Source: Alphaproteobacteria bacterium
GTDB taxonomy: Bacteria; Pseudomonadota; Alphaproteobacteria; UBA828
NCBI GenBank assembly: GCA_965214705.1
Contig: OZ243972.1
Coordinates: 3,712,001-3,776,000 of the forward strand
DNA length: 64,000 bases
Direction of reading: 5' to 3'
This document shows, in pieces, positions 49,670 through 59,872 of the stretch (positions are counted from its first letter, which is position 1; every line of letters starts with the position of its first letter). The position numbers and the translations under genes were made by a program. The notes beneath the pieces were generated by a model that saw only the letters and a list, made by a program, of their open reading frames with translations, made no database searches and was not told the origin of the DNA.

Positions 49670-50908
49670 CTACGACTGGCGGCGCTCCGCAACGAGGGCG
49701 TCGAGCTTCTCGAGCAGGGCTGTGCGGTCGGGCGCGAAGTCCTGCTCGATCCACCAGTCCTCGACGGCTCTGAGGAGCTGGCCGACCTCGGGTCCCTCTG
49801 GAACGCTGCGCGCAAGCACATCGGCCCCAGTGACCGGGAACGTTGGCGTCTGCCATTCCTCGGCTGTCTCCAGCATCGCTCCCCAAGCCGCCTCGTCCTC
49901 GCTCCTTCTCTCGTCGGCCCAGGCCAGAAACACCCGGTCACGAAAGCCCTCCGCACCCAGCCGATAAAGGAGGCGCCGTTGGCCAGCCGGGTCGAGATTT
50001 AGATCGTGGACTAGTGCCGCAAGTCTCGCGGCGTCGGCGCTCGCGAGCTGCCAGCGTATGGCAATGGACCTCGCAGCGTCGGCGGCATCTCCGCCGCTGA
50101 TCAAGGCAGCGAGCCGTCTGATCGGGTCGGCGGGCTCGACGGCGGTCTGCTCGATTGCAATGAGGTTGGCAAGGCGTTCCGTCCCTTTCGCCTGTGGCAG
50201 CAGCACGTGGAGCACGCTGGTGTTGCCCATTTCTCGCACCGAGGGCACTGGATCGGGGGCCGCCAGAAGCTTCAGCACCTCCGCCTGCACCCGCTCGCCG
50301 GAAAGGGTGGGGATCGTGTGCGCCGCGTCCCTGCAGGCTGCCAGCGCGGCCAGATCAGGGGCGCCGTGGCCGTACCAGGCGTGAAAGCGGAAGAAGCGGA
50401 GAAGGCGCAGGTGGTCCTCGGCGATGCGTGTGGCGGGGTCGCCGACGAAGCGAACGCGCCCTGCTACTAGGTCGTCGAGTCCTCTGAAATAGTCATGCAA
50501 GGTGCTGCCGTCGGGCGCGGCGCTCATGGCGTTGATGGTGAAGTCGCGGCGCGCTGCGTCTTCCCGCCAGTCGTCGGTGAAGGCGACCTCGGCATGGCGG
50601 CCGTCGGTGCGCTCGTCGCGTCTGAGCGTCGTGATCTCGTAGCGCTCGCCGCCGGCAAGCGCAGTGACGGTGCCGTGCTCGATGCCGCGCGGGACGGTGC
50701 GGGTCTCGATGCCTGCGTCCCGTAGCAACGCCATCACCCGCTCGGGCGGATCGGGCGTGCCGATATCGATGTCGTCGCTCTCGCGCTCCAGCAGCGCGTC
50801 GCGCACGCAGCCGCCGACGAAGCGGACATCGGCGCCCTCGGCGGTGAGCGCGTCGATTACCGCGCGGGTGGCCGGCGCGGTGATCCAGGGAGCGTGGACG
50901 GTGCTCAG
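49670..50908 (-). CDS. CCA tRNA nucleotidyltransferase/poly(A) polymerase family
   Basis: FVGGCVRD, DIDI, EITTLRRD, RRDFTINAM, EDHLRLLRFFRF; start uncertain (possibly CTG at 50908). Confidence 0.9.
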   Translation of the reverse strand: MSTVHAPWITAPATRAVIDALTAEGADVRFVGGCVRDALLERESDDIDIGTPDPPERVMALLRDAGIETRTVPRGIEHGTVTALAGGERYEITTLRRDERTDGRHAEVAFTDDWREDAARRDFTINAMSAAPDGSTLHDYFRGLDDLVAGRVRFVGDPATRIAEDHLRLLRFFRFHAWYGHGAPDLAALAACRDAAHTIPTLSGERVQAEVLKLLAAPDPVPSVREMGNTSVLHVLLPQAKGTERLANLIAIEQTAVEPADPIRRLAALISGGDAADAARSIAIRWQLASADAARLAALVHDLNLDPAGQRRLLYRLGAEGFRDRVFLAWADERRSEDEAAWGAMLETAEEWQTPTFPVTGADVLARSVPEGPEVGQLLRAVEDWWIEQDFAPDRTALLEKLDALVAERRQS

Positions 50909-51183
50909 TCGATGACCTCGCCGGGCACGATCTCGCCGTCGACGATGCGCGCCGGCACGTAGGTCCCCTCGGGGTCGCCGCCGGCGGTCAACGCCCATAC
51001 CACCAGGCTCGCCGCCGCGAGAACGAGGCCGCTGCCGAGGAGCCTGACCCACGGCATCTTGCGCAGCTGCGCCGCCATATGGCTGCGGCTCAGCTGAAGC
51101 CGTCGCGACAGGATGAGGAAGGCGAAGTAAAGGATCGTCGGCGCGAGCAGGATCAGAATATGGATCAGGGTGGTTCTCAACAT
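50905..51183 (-). CDS. DUF6111-like small membrane protein
   Basis: Two TM segments and GTYVPARIVDGEIVPG; lies between nudL and cca. Confidence 0.75.
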   Translation of the reverse strand: MLRTTLIHILILLAPTILYFAFLILSRRLQLSRSHMAAQLRKMPWVRLLGSGLVLAAASLVVWALTAGGDPEGTYVPARIVDGEIVPGEVID

Positions 51184-51839
51184 GATGCGCGCACCACATC
51201 CCGGAAGTTGACGAGAATCGCCGCCGTAGCGCCCCAGATATGATACGCCTCGTAGGGCATCACGTAAAAACGCCGCTCGACGCCGCCGATCGTCATCTTG
51301 TCGCGGCGGTAATTGGCGGGCTCCAGCACGAAAGAGAGCGGCACCTCGAAGACCTCTGCGACCTCGCTTGTATCCGCCTCGAAGGCCGGCGACGCCGTGA
51401 CGAAGCCGACGACAGGGGTGATGCGGTAGCCGGTGCCCACCAGATAGTCGTCGAGCCGGCCGACGATCTCGACCTGCGGTGCGGGCAGCCCGATTTCCTC
51501 CTCGGCCTCGCGCAGCGCCGTTCTCTGCGGGGTCCCGTCCTCGGGATCGGCGCGGCCGCCGGGGAAGCTGATCTGGCCGGCGTGGCGCGCGAGCCGTTCG
51601 GCTCGCTTGGTCAGCAGTACCGAGAGCGTGCCGGCACGCTCGATGACGGCGACGAGCACGGCGGCAGGCGTAATCGGCTCCGATGGCGGCAGACGGCCCC
51701 ATGACTCTTCGCTGTGACGAAGCGAGCCCGGTACGCGGGCGGCGGGCTCCCGCTCCGCTGCGGCGATGACCGCCTCCCACGGCTGGTCCGGCGCGCCCGG
51801 CGCACCACGCGCCACGGCGCGCAGAATGTCGGCTTGCAT
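51177..51839 (-). CDS. nudL: CoA pyrophosphatase (Nudix)
   Basis: LLTKRA..L..HAGQISFPGG, ALREAEEEIGL, IWGATA. Confidence 0.88.
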   Translation of the reverse strand: MQADILRAVARGAPGAPDQPWEAVIAAAEREPAARVPGSLRHSEESWGRLPPSEPITPAAVLVAVIERAGTLSVLLTKRAERLARHAGQISFPGGRADPEDGTPQRTALREAEEEIGLPAPQVEIVGRLDDYLVGTGYRITPVVGFVTASPAFEADTSEVAEVFEVPLSFVLEPANYRRDKMTIGGVERRFYVMPYEAYHIWGATAAILVNFRDVVRASC

Positions 51840-51859
51840 CGACGGGGCTCGTCAGGCGC

Positions 51860-52378
51860 TCAGGCTGCGTCGTCGAAGGGAAAGAACACGCCGTCGCTCC
51901 AGACGCCGAGCACCGGCCGGCCCTCGATCTCCCGCTCGACGCAGAGCTCCACCAGCGGATAGTAGGCCGCGCGCGCCACCCGCGCCTCCAGGCCATCGCG
52001 AACGGTGAGGTAGGGCGCCTTCTCGTTGGACTCCGGCAAGGAGCGGAAGGCGAGGGGATGCGCGGCGTCGGCGCTCACCCACTCGTCCAGGTTGGTGCGG
52101 AAGCGCAGGCGCTGGCCCTCGCCGTTGCCCTCGGCCTCCATCTCGACCGCAATGAAGGGCACGTCGTCGACCGTGATGCGCGCCTTCTCCACCGGGGTGA
52201 CGAGCCAATAATCGCCGTCCTCGCGTCTCAGCACGCTCGCGAAGAGCTTGACCAGCGGGAGCCGGCCGATGGGGCAGCCTTCGTGAAACCACGTGCCGTC
52301 GCCCGCGATCCTGATGTCGATGTCGCCGCAGAAGAGCTGCGGCGGCCGCCCAGCGGCCGGTGCCTGCGATTCGCCCAT
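51860..52378 (-). CDS. DUF1285 family protein
   Basis: IDIRIAGDGTWFHEG.PI.R..LVKLF, LVTPVEK, FRTN, PYL.VR.GLEA. Confidence 0.85.
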   Translation of the reverse strand: MGESQAPAAGRPPQLFCGDIDIRIAGDGTWFHEGCPIGRLPLVKLFASVLRREDGDYWLVTPVEKARITVDDVPFIAVEMEAEGNGEGQRLRFRTNLDEWVSADAAHPLAFRSLPESNEKAPYLTVRDGLEARVARAAYYPLVELCVEREIEGRPVLGVWSDGVFFPFDDAA

Positions 52379-52553
52379 GCGCGCACTATAGCCGAGCGAA
52401 GGGGTTGCGGGGTCATATCCGATGATCGCCCTGCCGCATTCGGCGAGTAGCTCGGAAGCACCCCCTCCTCACCCCAAACGTCTATATGGACGCTTCCCAC
52501 CGCTGATGCTGTCGCTCGGGAAGGTTGAGGAGGGGGCTACGAAGCCTACAGTC

Positions 52554-52728
52554 TCAGTCGTTGAAGGGGACGTGGGCGATACCCTCGTCGACCTTGATGC
52601 GGAGCACACCGCAGAAGCTGCCGAGAAACTGGTAGCAGCCGATCGTCACCACGAGATCGACGAGCCCCGCGTTGCCGAGCTCTGCACGCGGCTGAACCAC
52701 CAACGCGTTGTCAACGTCTCCGTCGCCG
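52554..52728 (-). pseudogene. Diverged duplicate of the 3' end of the CMD gene
   Basis: Ungapped match to 55354-55528 (offset 2800); encodes ...ELGNAGLVDLVVTIGCYQFLGSFCGVL...AHVPFND*. Confidence 0.85.
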
Positions 52729-52800
52729 CGCTTCTGTAAGACCCAGCATGAAGGGCGCAGGGCAGGGCGCGTCAGGGCACCCCGCCCTGCGCAAGGGAGG

Positions 52801-53919
52801 CTACTTCGCGAGCCAGGTGTTGAACACCTCGTCGAGCTCTGCCCGGTGGTCGGCCCACCAGACGTAGTCGAAGTCGAAAATAGTCGCGGCGTTGTTTGGA
52901 TCCGTCGGCATATGGGGCTTCATGTCGATGCCGAGATCGGCATGGTTGCCCACGAGCGGCGCCGACGAGTAGCGCGCCGGACCGTAGGAGATGAACTTCG
53001 CCTGGTCCGCCAGACGCTGCGTATCCGTGGCAAAGTGGAGATACGCCTTCACCGCATCGAGATCCTTGACGCCGACCGGCACGACCCAGCCGTCGAGATC
53101 GAAAATCTGCCGATCCCACATCATGGCGATGGGCTGGTTCTTCTCCGCGATGGCCGAGAAGAGGCGGCCGTTGTACGCCGAGGCAATGACGACCTCGCCG
53201 TCCGCCAGAAGCTGCGGCGGCTGGGCTCCCTTGGTCCACCACACCACCTGATCCTTGATAGTATCGAGCTTTGCCAAGGCACGGCTCACGCCCTCGGACG
53301 TGCTGAGCATGCCGTAGACATCCGCAGGTGCCACGCCATCGGCGAGCAGCGCCCATTCGAGATTGTTGATCGGCCGGCGCTCCAGCGAGCGCTTGCCGGG
53401 GAACTTCTCCAGATCGAACACGTCGGCGATCGAGGACGGCTGCTCACCCTCGAAGACATCGGTGCGATAGCCGAAGGTCGTGGAATAGACGATCTGCGGG
53501 ATGAAGCAGTTGGTGCCACCCGGTGACAGCGTGCCGGCGAAGAAATCCTCCGACGCTGGCGTTCCATCGGGAGCCGGGGCCAGCCACGTGTCGGGATCGA
53601 TCTCCATGATCAGGCCTTCGTCGCACGCGGTAATCGCATCGGCTGCGACCATGTCGACGATGTCCCAAGTGACGTTGTTCGACTCCACCTGTGCCCGAAC
53701 CTTGGCCAGCCCTTCGGCGGCGTTGTCGTCATTGATGATGTTGATGTCGGGGTTCGCGGCCATGTAGGGGTCGTGATAGGCCTTCTGCTGGCTCGCCGTA
53801 TAGGCGCCGCCCCACGACACGATCGTGAGGTCGAGTGCCTGGGCGCTCCCCGCCGCCAACGCGACGCCGGCGGCAACGATCGTGGAGCCCATCAAAAGCC
53901 TCACTGCCTTTAGCCTCAT
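52801..53919 (-). CDS. PotD/PotF-like ABC substrate-binding protein
   Basis: Signal peptide; VSWGGAY, NVTWDIVD, FDLEKFPGKR, LEWALLADGV, YNGR. Confidence 0.88.
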   Translation of the reverse strand: MRLKAVRLLMGSTIVAAGVALAAGSAQALDLTIVSWGGAYTASQQKAYHDPYMAANPDINIINDDNAAEGLAKVRAQVESNNVTWDIVDMVAADAITACDEGLIMEIDPDTWLAPAPDGTPASEDFFAGTLSPGGTNCFIPQIVYSTTFGYRTDVFEGEQPSSIADVFDLEKFPGKRSLERRPINNLEWALLADGVAPADVYGMLSTSEGVSRALAKLDTIKDQVVWWTKGAQPPQLLADGEVVIASAYNGRLFSAIAEKNQPIAMMWDRQIFDLDGWVVPVGVKDLDAVKAYLHFATDTQRLADQAKFISYGPARYSSAPLVGNHADLGIDMKPHMPTDPNNAATIFDFDYVWWADHRAELDEVFNTWLAK

Positions 53920-53999
53920 TGCTTTTCCTCCTTCGGTTGAGGGTGGGATCGACCGGCCGATGCTCGACGACCGCGCCGCCCATTGCATTTTCGAACGGT

Positions 54000-54045
54000 T
54001 CTAATACTATATTGTCTATTCTATCACATAAAATACTATTGTATC
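54000..54045. promoter_or_regulatory. AT-rich divergent promoter/operator candidate
   Basis: AATACTAT repeated at 54003 and 54032 between the SBP and GntR genes. Confidence 0.35.
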
Positions 54046-54371
54046 GCAGCTCAAACACAGCTTTTTTGCAAAACCCGACCCGGCGGGCGCCAGGCACATG
54101 ATCGTCGAAACCTTGGCCGGCCGGTGGATGGCCGCGTCGAGATACGCTAGGCTCCGCGCCGATGCGTCCTATACGACTTGAGGCGAATGACGTGATCACC
54201 AACCTCGCCGAGAGTTGCCGAATGACGTCCGCAAGGGTGACGTCGGGGCGTCCCCCGACTGGTTCGCCAAGGCTGCCGTGCCACCGTCCGCTTTGCCGGT
54301 CTCGTGGCCGTGGATCGTATGGCCCCCATTGGGCAGGTCGATAGCGACCGACTCGGGCAGACACAGGACAC

Positions 54372-55319
54372 ATGAACCAGCAGGAAGCACCGCCGCCGCA
54401 GGCGGCCGCCACAGCGACAGGCGGCAGCATGCCGAGCCCGCTTCAGCTCGAGATGGCGCGAAACATCCTGGAATATCTGTGCCGCCGCGAGATGAGTGCA
54501 GGAAATCACCTCACCGAGCAGGAGCTGGTGCGCGAGTTCAAGGTGTCGCGATCGCCCATCCGTGGCGCGCTGTCGTACCTGGCACACATGGGGATCGTCG
54601 AACGACGGCCCAACCGCGGATACTTCGTCAAGCTGAGCGGCAGTGAGCTCCGTCTCGACAGTCTGGAATTGCCCAGAACGGACGACGAAGAGCTCCTGCT
54701 TACGGTGGTGGAAGACTGGTTCGAGAAGAGGGTGCCGCAGTCGTTTTCCGAGGCGGAATTCCGCAGACGCTACGGGCTGGGCAAGATGACCGCCTCGCGC
54801 ATCCTCGTGAAGCTGTCCGAAGATGGCATCATTTCGCGAAATCGCGGCCACGGATGGCGTTTCGAGCCAGCTCTCAACACCAAGGGCGCGCGCGACGAGA
54901 GCTTCGCCTTCCGCATGGCCCTGGAGCCGGCCGCGATTTGCTCGCCGACCTTCGAGCTCGATCGAGGCCTGGCGGAAATGTGTCGTCGCAGGCACGACAC
55001 GGCGCTGCAGCAGCGGGAGCTGCCTTCGTACAGCACGTTGATCGAAATCGACGCCATGTTTCACCGACTGATCGGTGTTTCATCGCGCAACAGATATTTC
55101 CTTGTGGCCATCGAGCGACAGATCTCTCTCCGGCGCAGCCTGGAGTATGCAACCTGGACTGCCGTGAGAGCGCGCGTGATCGAGTCCTGTGGCGAGCACA
55201 TGGAGATACTGGACGCGCTGGAGATAAATCGGCGCGATGACGCCGCCGAGATGATGCGACTCCACCTCGCCGGCTCTCTCGACCTCACCACCTGGCGCGA
55301 GCTCGGCAACGCCGATTGA
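54372..55319 (+). CDS. GntR-family regulator (two wHTH + FCD)
   Basis: LTEQEL...VSRSPIRGAL; second HTH ...GIISRNRGHGWRF; FCD with FHRLI and EH.EILDAL. Confidence 0.85.
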   Translation: MNQQEAPPPQAAATATGGSMPSPLQLEMARNILEYLCRREMSAGNHLTEQELVREFKVSRSPIRGALSYLAHMGIVERRPNRGYFVKLSGSELRLDSLELPRTDDEELLLTVVEDWFEKRVPQSFSEAEFRRRYGLGKMTASRILVKLSEDGIISRNRGHGWRFEPALNTKGARDESFAFRMALEPAAICSPTFELDRGLAEMCRRRHDTALQQRELPSYSTLIEIDAMFHRLIGVSSRNRYFLVAIERQISLRRSLEYATWTAVRARVIESCGEHMEILDALEINRRDDAAEMMRLHLAGSLDLTTWRELGNAD

Positions 55320-55353
55320 GTCACGGCGCCCAGCGTAACGTGGGCCGACAGCC

Positions 55354-55911
55354 TCAGTCGTTGAAGGGGACGTGGGCGACGCTCTCGTCGACTTGGATGC
55401 CGAGCACGGCGCAGAAGCTGCCGAGCAGCTGGTAGTAGCCGATCATCACCACGAGATCGACGAGGCCGGCGTCGCCGAGCTCCGCGCGCAGCCGGGCCAC
55501 CAGCGCGTCGTCCACGTCTTCGCCGCCGGCGACGAGGCGGGCGAGGCGGAGCGCGGGCCCCACGGGCGCGGGCTCCGAGTCCATCGCCGGCGTCCCGACC
55601 ACGGCGCGGTACTGCTCCGGCACCTTGTGGATGTGGTGGTCCCACTCGAAGACGTTGCCGACGGCCTGCGAGACCGTGCAGATGACCATCTCGCGCAGGT
55701 CGTTATCGAGCGCCGAGTGCCAGCGCACGTGCTCGCCCACCGAGGCGACGGCCTGGAGCGCCTCGGGACTCTGCCCCATGACCGCGAACATGTTGGGCAT
55801 GAAGGCGAGCTTGCGGGTCTCGACTACGTGGTCCCAGATCGGCATCTGCTCGGCTGAGAGGTCATCGCGCTCCGCCCGCGGCAGGCGCGGGGCTGCGGCA
55901 TAGCTGGTCAT
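55354..55911 (-). CDS. Carboxymuconolactone decarboxylase family protein
   Basis: LREMVIC...FEWDHH...VDLVVMIGYY. Confidence 0.8.
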   Translation of the reverse strand: MTSYAAAPRLPRAERDDLSAEQMPIWDHVVETRKLAFMPNMFAVMGQSPEALQAVASVGEHVRWHSALDNDLREMVICTVSQAVGNVFEWDHHIHKVPEQYRAVVGTPAMDSEPAPVGPALRLARLVAGGEDVDDALVARLRAELGDAGLVDLVVMIGYYQLLGSFCAVLGIQVDESVAHVPFND

Positions 55912-55999
55912 CGGATTCTCTCTGTCGTGTTCCCTCAGGCGCATCGCGCGCTCAGGCGCGCGTTACCGCGCGACGCTACGCGCCAGTCGGCGCGGCGGT

Positions 56000-57016
56000 T
56001 CAGTCCGCGAATGCGTCGATCATCGCTTCGTGGTTGGCCAAAGATTCCTCGCGCTCGACGAAGGGGTTGGGGCAGTAGAGCAGGATGGTCTCGAACAACC
56101 CCTCGAAGCGGTCGAGCTGTCCGCGCACGTCGTCGGGCGTGCCGGCGAGCGCCAGTGCGTCGATCATGTCCTCGGTCACGAGCTCGGCCATGGCGGCCAC
56201 ATCGGCCCGTGCCCAGGCCTCGCGGATCGCCAGCTTCTCGCGCGTGAAGCCTGCCGGGTCGAGCACCTGGTCGAAGTATGGAAGCCGCGTGTAGAAGGCC
56301 ACGCAGGGCCGCGCCCGTTGCCTGGCGCGGGCACGGTCCTTGTCCACCGAGCAGATCTTGACCGCGCAGTGCTCGAACGATGACGGGTCGCGGCCGGCCC
56401 TGGAAAGCCCTTCCTTGACCGCCGGGTGCACGATCTCGGTGAAGTAGTGCGGCGTGTTGAGCACGTTGGCGAGCAGGCCATCCGCCACCTCGCCGGACAG
56501 TCTCAGCATCCCCTTCTGCACCGCGGCGAGGTAGATCGGCGGCGGCTCGCAGGGCGGCGCGATCAGGCGGCGATAGTCGCGCACTGTGATGATCTCGCCT
56601 TCGTAGTCGATCGGCGCGGTGGGAGTCGCGGTCCACATCCGCCTGATCGAATTCACATACTCCCGCATGCGCTGGACCGGCCGCTGGTACGAAACCCCGT
56701 GCCAATTCTCGTTCCATTCCTTGGGCGCGGTGCCGAGGCCCAATACGAAGCGCCCCTCGGTGAGCTCCGCCATGGACATGGCGCTGATCTCGGTCATTGC
56801 CGGCGGCCGAGCGAAGACGGCGACGCCGGTGCCGAGGCGGGCGCGCTTGCACCTGGCCGCCATGCCTGCGAGCGGCACGAAGGCATCGCGGCCAAGCTCG
56901 GTGGTCCAGAGGCTCTCCGCGCCCGCGTCCTCGGCCTTGGCCGCGAAGTCGATGGTTTCGGCCAGCGTCAAATTGTCGCCGCTGAAGAGCACGCCCCATT
57001 TCCATTTGCGGGCCAT
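56000..57016 (-). CDS. LLM-class flavin-dependent oxidoreductase
   Basis: AEDAG.ESLWTTE, LGTGV, GRFVLGLG, PIYLAA, GEVADG, LAGTP. Confidence 0.88.
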   Translation of the reverse strand: MARKWKWGVLFSGDNLTLAETIDFAAKAEDAGAESLWTTELGRDAFVPLAGMAARCKRARLGTGVAVFARPPAMTEISAMSMAELTEGRFVLGLGTAPKEWNENWHGVSYQRPVQRMREYVNSIRRMWTATPTAPIDYEGEIITVRDYRRLIAPPCEPPPIYLAAVQKGMLRLSGEVADGLLANVLNTPHYFTEIVHPAVKEGLSRAGRDPSSFEHCAVKICSVDKDRARARQRARPCVAFYTRLPYFDQVLDPAGFTREKLAIREAWARADVAAMAELVTEDMIDALALAGTPDDVRGQLDRFEGLFETILLYCPNPFVEREESLANHEAMIDAFAD

Positions 57017-57033
57017 CGTCTTTCTCTCTCTTG

Positions 57034-58776
57034 TCAGCGGGGCTCGGCGCGGAGCGCGGCGGTCGCGGCTTCGTCGACGCCGCCGTCGGCGGCGATGATG
57101 ACTCCGTACTGGTCCCGCGCGCGCTCGGTCGAGATGTAGCCGTCGGCGACATCGGCGGCGACCGCGTCTGCCGGGCGGGTGAGGGGATCGCCGAAGCCGC
57201 CGCCGCCGCCGGTCACCACGGCGACGCGGTCGCCCTCGCTCAGCGCCTCGTAGGGGATGCGGGCGACCCGCTTGACGCTGCCGTCGCTCTCGATCCGCAT
57301 GTAGTTGTTGGAGCCTTCGCCGCCGCCCTCCAGGCCCCAGGGACGCTCGATGGAGCGGCCGATGCTGCAATAGGTGTGCGCGTCCGCGCCCGCCACCTCG
57401 AACTCTCGGACCACGCCGAAGCCGCCCCGGTGGCGGCCGGCGCCGGCGCCGTCTTCCACGTTGAGCGCGTAGCGGCGGATGGCCAAGGGGAACTTCGCCT
57501 CGAAGAGCTCGACCGAGTAGTTGTAGGTGTCACCGTCGGTGGTGGCGATGAGTGCGCTGGTGCCGTCGCCCGCTGCGGTCGCGCCCCAGCCGCCGATCGC
57601 GGGCTCGATGTGGACGTAGACCTCGCCGCTCTCCGGATCGCGGCCATAGAAGTAGGTGCCGGCGAGGCTCATGTAGGAGCCCGCGCTGAAGCGCTCGGGC
57701 GCGACCTCGGCGAGCGCCTTCCAGGCGAGCTCGGAGGCGTGGGCGGAGCCTTCGTAATACCAGCCGGTGGGCGCGGGTTTCTCGGCGGTGAAGACGGTGC
57801 CCGGCGGGCAGACCAGGCTCACCGGGCGGAACCAGCCCTCGTTGGAGGGCGCCTGCGGGTCCACCAGCGACTTGAACACGGTCTTGACCGCCGAATCCAG
57901 CGCCCCGAAGGCGCAGTTGATCGGCCCCTTGACCATCGGGCTGGTGCCGGTGAAATCGAAGGTGATCGAATCGCCCCGGATGCGCACGACGACGGCGACG
58001 CGGAAGCGCTCCTCCGAGATGCCGTCGCCGTCGATCCAGTCCTCGGCCGCGTAGTCGCCGTCGGGCAGCGCCGCGACGGCGGCCCGGCTCAGGCGCTCGC
58101 TGGTCTCCAGGATGTGGCCGAAGGTGGCCTTGACCGCGTGGGTGCCGTAGCGGGCGAGGACCTCGTGCAGCCGCGTCTCGGCGATGCGCACGGCGGCCAG
58201 CCCTGCGTTGAAGTCGCCGAGGGACTGCACCGGCAGGCGCACGTTCTCGCGAATCAACGCGATCACGTCGTCGATGGTCTCGTCGTCCCGGCAGACCCGG
58301 ATGCCGGGGAAGTGCACGCCCTCCTGATAGATCTCGGTGGCGGTTGGCGAGATGCTGCCGGGCACGGCGCCGCCGACTTCGCTCCAGTGGGCCACGGAGA
58401 TGGCGAAGGCGAAGAGCCGACCCTCCACGAAGATCGGCTTGATCAGCGCGATGTCGCAGCTGTGGGTGCCGCCCTCGAAGGGGTCGTTGGTCATGAAGAC
58501 GTCGCCCGGCCGCATGGTCTCGCCGTGGCGGCGCACGATGGAGCGCACCTGCGGCGCGAAGGTGCCGGTGAAGAGGGTGATGCCGTTGGTCTGCACCACG
58601 AGCTCGCCGTCCGCGTCGCAAAGGCCGCAGGCGAAGTCCAGCACCTCGTAGATCACGGGGCTCATGGAGGTCTTGGCGATGACGATGCCCATCTCGTCGG
58701 CAAGCGCGAGCAGCTTGCCGCGGATGATCTCGCGCGTGACCGGATCGGCAGCGGACTGGTTAGCGGGTGCGGTCAT
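57034..58776 (-). CDS. Hydantoinase B/oxoprolinase family protein
   Basis: DPVTREII, SPVIYEVLDFACG, PGDVFMTNDPF.GGTH, GAGRHRGG, GGGGGFGDP. Confidence 0.92.
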   Translation of the reverse strand: MTAPANQSAADPVTREIIRGKLLALADEMGIVIAKTSMSPVIYEVLDFACGLCDADGELVVQTNGITLFTGTFAPQVRSIVRRHGETMRPGDVFMTNDPFEGGTHSCDIALIKPIFVEGRLFAFAISVAHWSEVGGAVPGSISPTATEIYQEGVHFPGIRVCRDDETIDDVIALIRENVRLPVQSLGDFNAGLAAVRIAETRLHEVLARYGTHAVKATFGHILETSERLSRAAVAALPDGDYAAEDWIDGDGISEERFRVAVVVRIRGDSITFDFTGTSPMVKGPINCAFGALDSAVKTVFKSLVDPQAPSNEGWFRPVSLVCPPGTVFTAEKPAPTGWYYEGSAHASELAWKALAEVAPERFSAGSYMSLAGTYFYGRDPESGEVYVHIEPAIGGWGATAAGDGTSALIATTDGDTYNYSVELFEAKFPLAIRRYALNVEDGAGAGRHRGGFGVVREFEVAGADAHTYCSIGRSIERPWGLEGGGEGSNNYMRIESDGSVKRVARIPYEALSEGDRVAVVTGGGGGFGDPLTRPADAVAADVADGYISTERARDQYGVIIAADGGVDEAATAALRAEPR

Positions 58777-58933
58777 GGTCCCTCCCGGCGCGGGATTGTT
58801 CCCGAGGCTCAGGTGTCGTGCAAGCGGGCGGGTCCGTCCGCGTCGGGCAGGAGACCCCGCACCATGGTGCGGTGGCCGTGGGCACCGGCGGGCGCCACGA
58901 TGCGCCGTTTCGTCCGATACGAAAGGAGTCATC

Positions 58934-59806
58934 GTGGCCACACAGCGACAGATCGAAGCCAACCGCCGAAACGCCCGGTCGAGCACCGGCCCGAAGACCG
59001 AGGCCGGCAAGGCCGCGTCGTCGGCCAACGCGCTCAGCCACGGCCTTACGGCCGCCGACAACGTGGTGCTGCCGGAGGAAGACCCCGATGAATTCGAGCG
59101 GCTCAGGGAGGGCGTGATCGCCGACCTCCAGCCGGCGGGCCCGCTGCAGGAGGCGCTGGCGGAGCGCGTCGCCGTGCTGCTCTGGCGCCTCGACCGCGTC
59201 GCCCGGTTCGAAGCCGGGCTCTTCGTTCACGGCCAACTCACCGTGATACGCGACAGGGTGGGCGACCCGTTTCGTTCTTCAAGCATCTTGCAGGGTCTCG
59301 CCGACCTGCCGAAGGAGGTCACGCAGTTGCAGGAGAAGTGTGCACGGTTCAAGCGCAGGATCGACGAGGACATCCAGGCCCAGGCACCCTCCGCCCAGGT
59401 GCTGGTGGAGCGGCGCCAGAGTGCGCGCGCCTTCGACCAGATTGCGCGCCACGAGGCGATGCTGCAGCGGTCGCTGAACCGGACGCTCGACGAGTTCCGC
59501 CGCTTGCGCGACGCATCGGCTGCGGCAGCCGAATCGAAGGCGCCGCCGCCGGCCGCGCCGGCCGATCCCGACCCTGCGCCGGTTCGCGACGTTCCCCCGC
59601 CTGCGTCTGCGGGCCCGCAGCCGGCCAGCGACGAGACCCGTGGCGAGGCCGGGCGCACGGGCGAAAAGGCGTTTTTGCAAAACGAAGCCAATTCAGCGCA
59701 AACGCCTGACGTGGAAGCCGATTCGAAAGCCGGAACGGAATTACCGCAGGCCGGGACCGGAGGGCCGCCACTCCCAAGAACGGAACTCGCGCCAGGGCAC
59801 GATTAG
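58934..59806 (+). CDS. Hypothetical protein (ANRRNA..STGPKT..GK family)
   Basis: AAAGGAG RBS with GTG start; N-terminal QIEANRRNARSSTGPKTEAGKAASSANALSHGL; Pro/Ala-rich tail. Confidence 0.7.
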   Translation: MATQRQIEANRRNARSSTGPKTEAGKAASSANALSHGLTAADNVVLPEEDPDEFERLREGVIADLQPAGPLQEALAERVAVLLWRLDRVARFEAGLFVHGQLTVIRDRVGDPFRSSSILQGLADLPKEVTQLQEKCARFKRRIDEDIQAQAPSAQVLVERRQSARAFDQIARHEAMLQRSLNRTLDEFRRLRDASAAAAESKAPPPAAPADPDPAPVRDVPPPASAGPQPASDETRGEAGRTGEKAFLQNEANSAQTPDVEADSKAGTELPQAGTGGPPLPRTELAPGHD

Positions 59807-59872
59807 ACCTTACCTGATCGCTGCAGCCCGAAGAGCGCCCACCTCCGGCTGTCCCCTTCTAAACCTATACGT

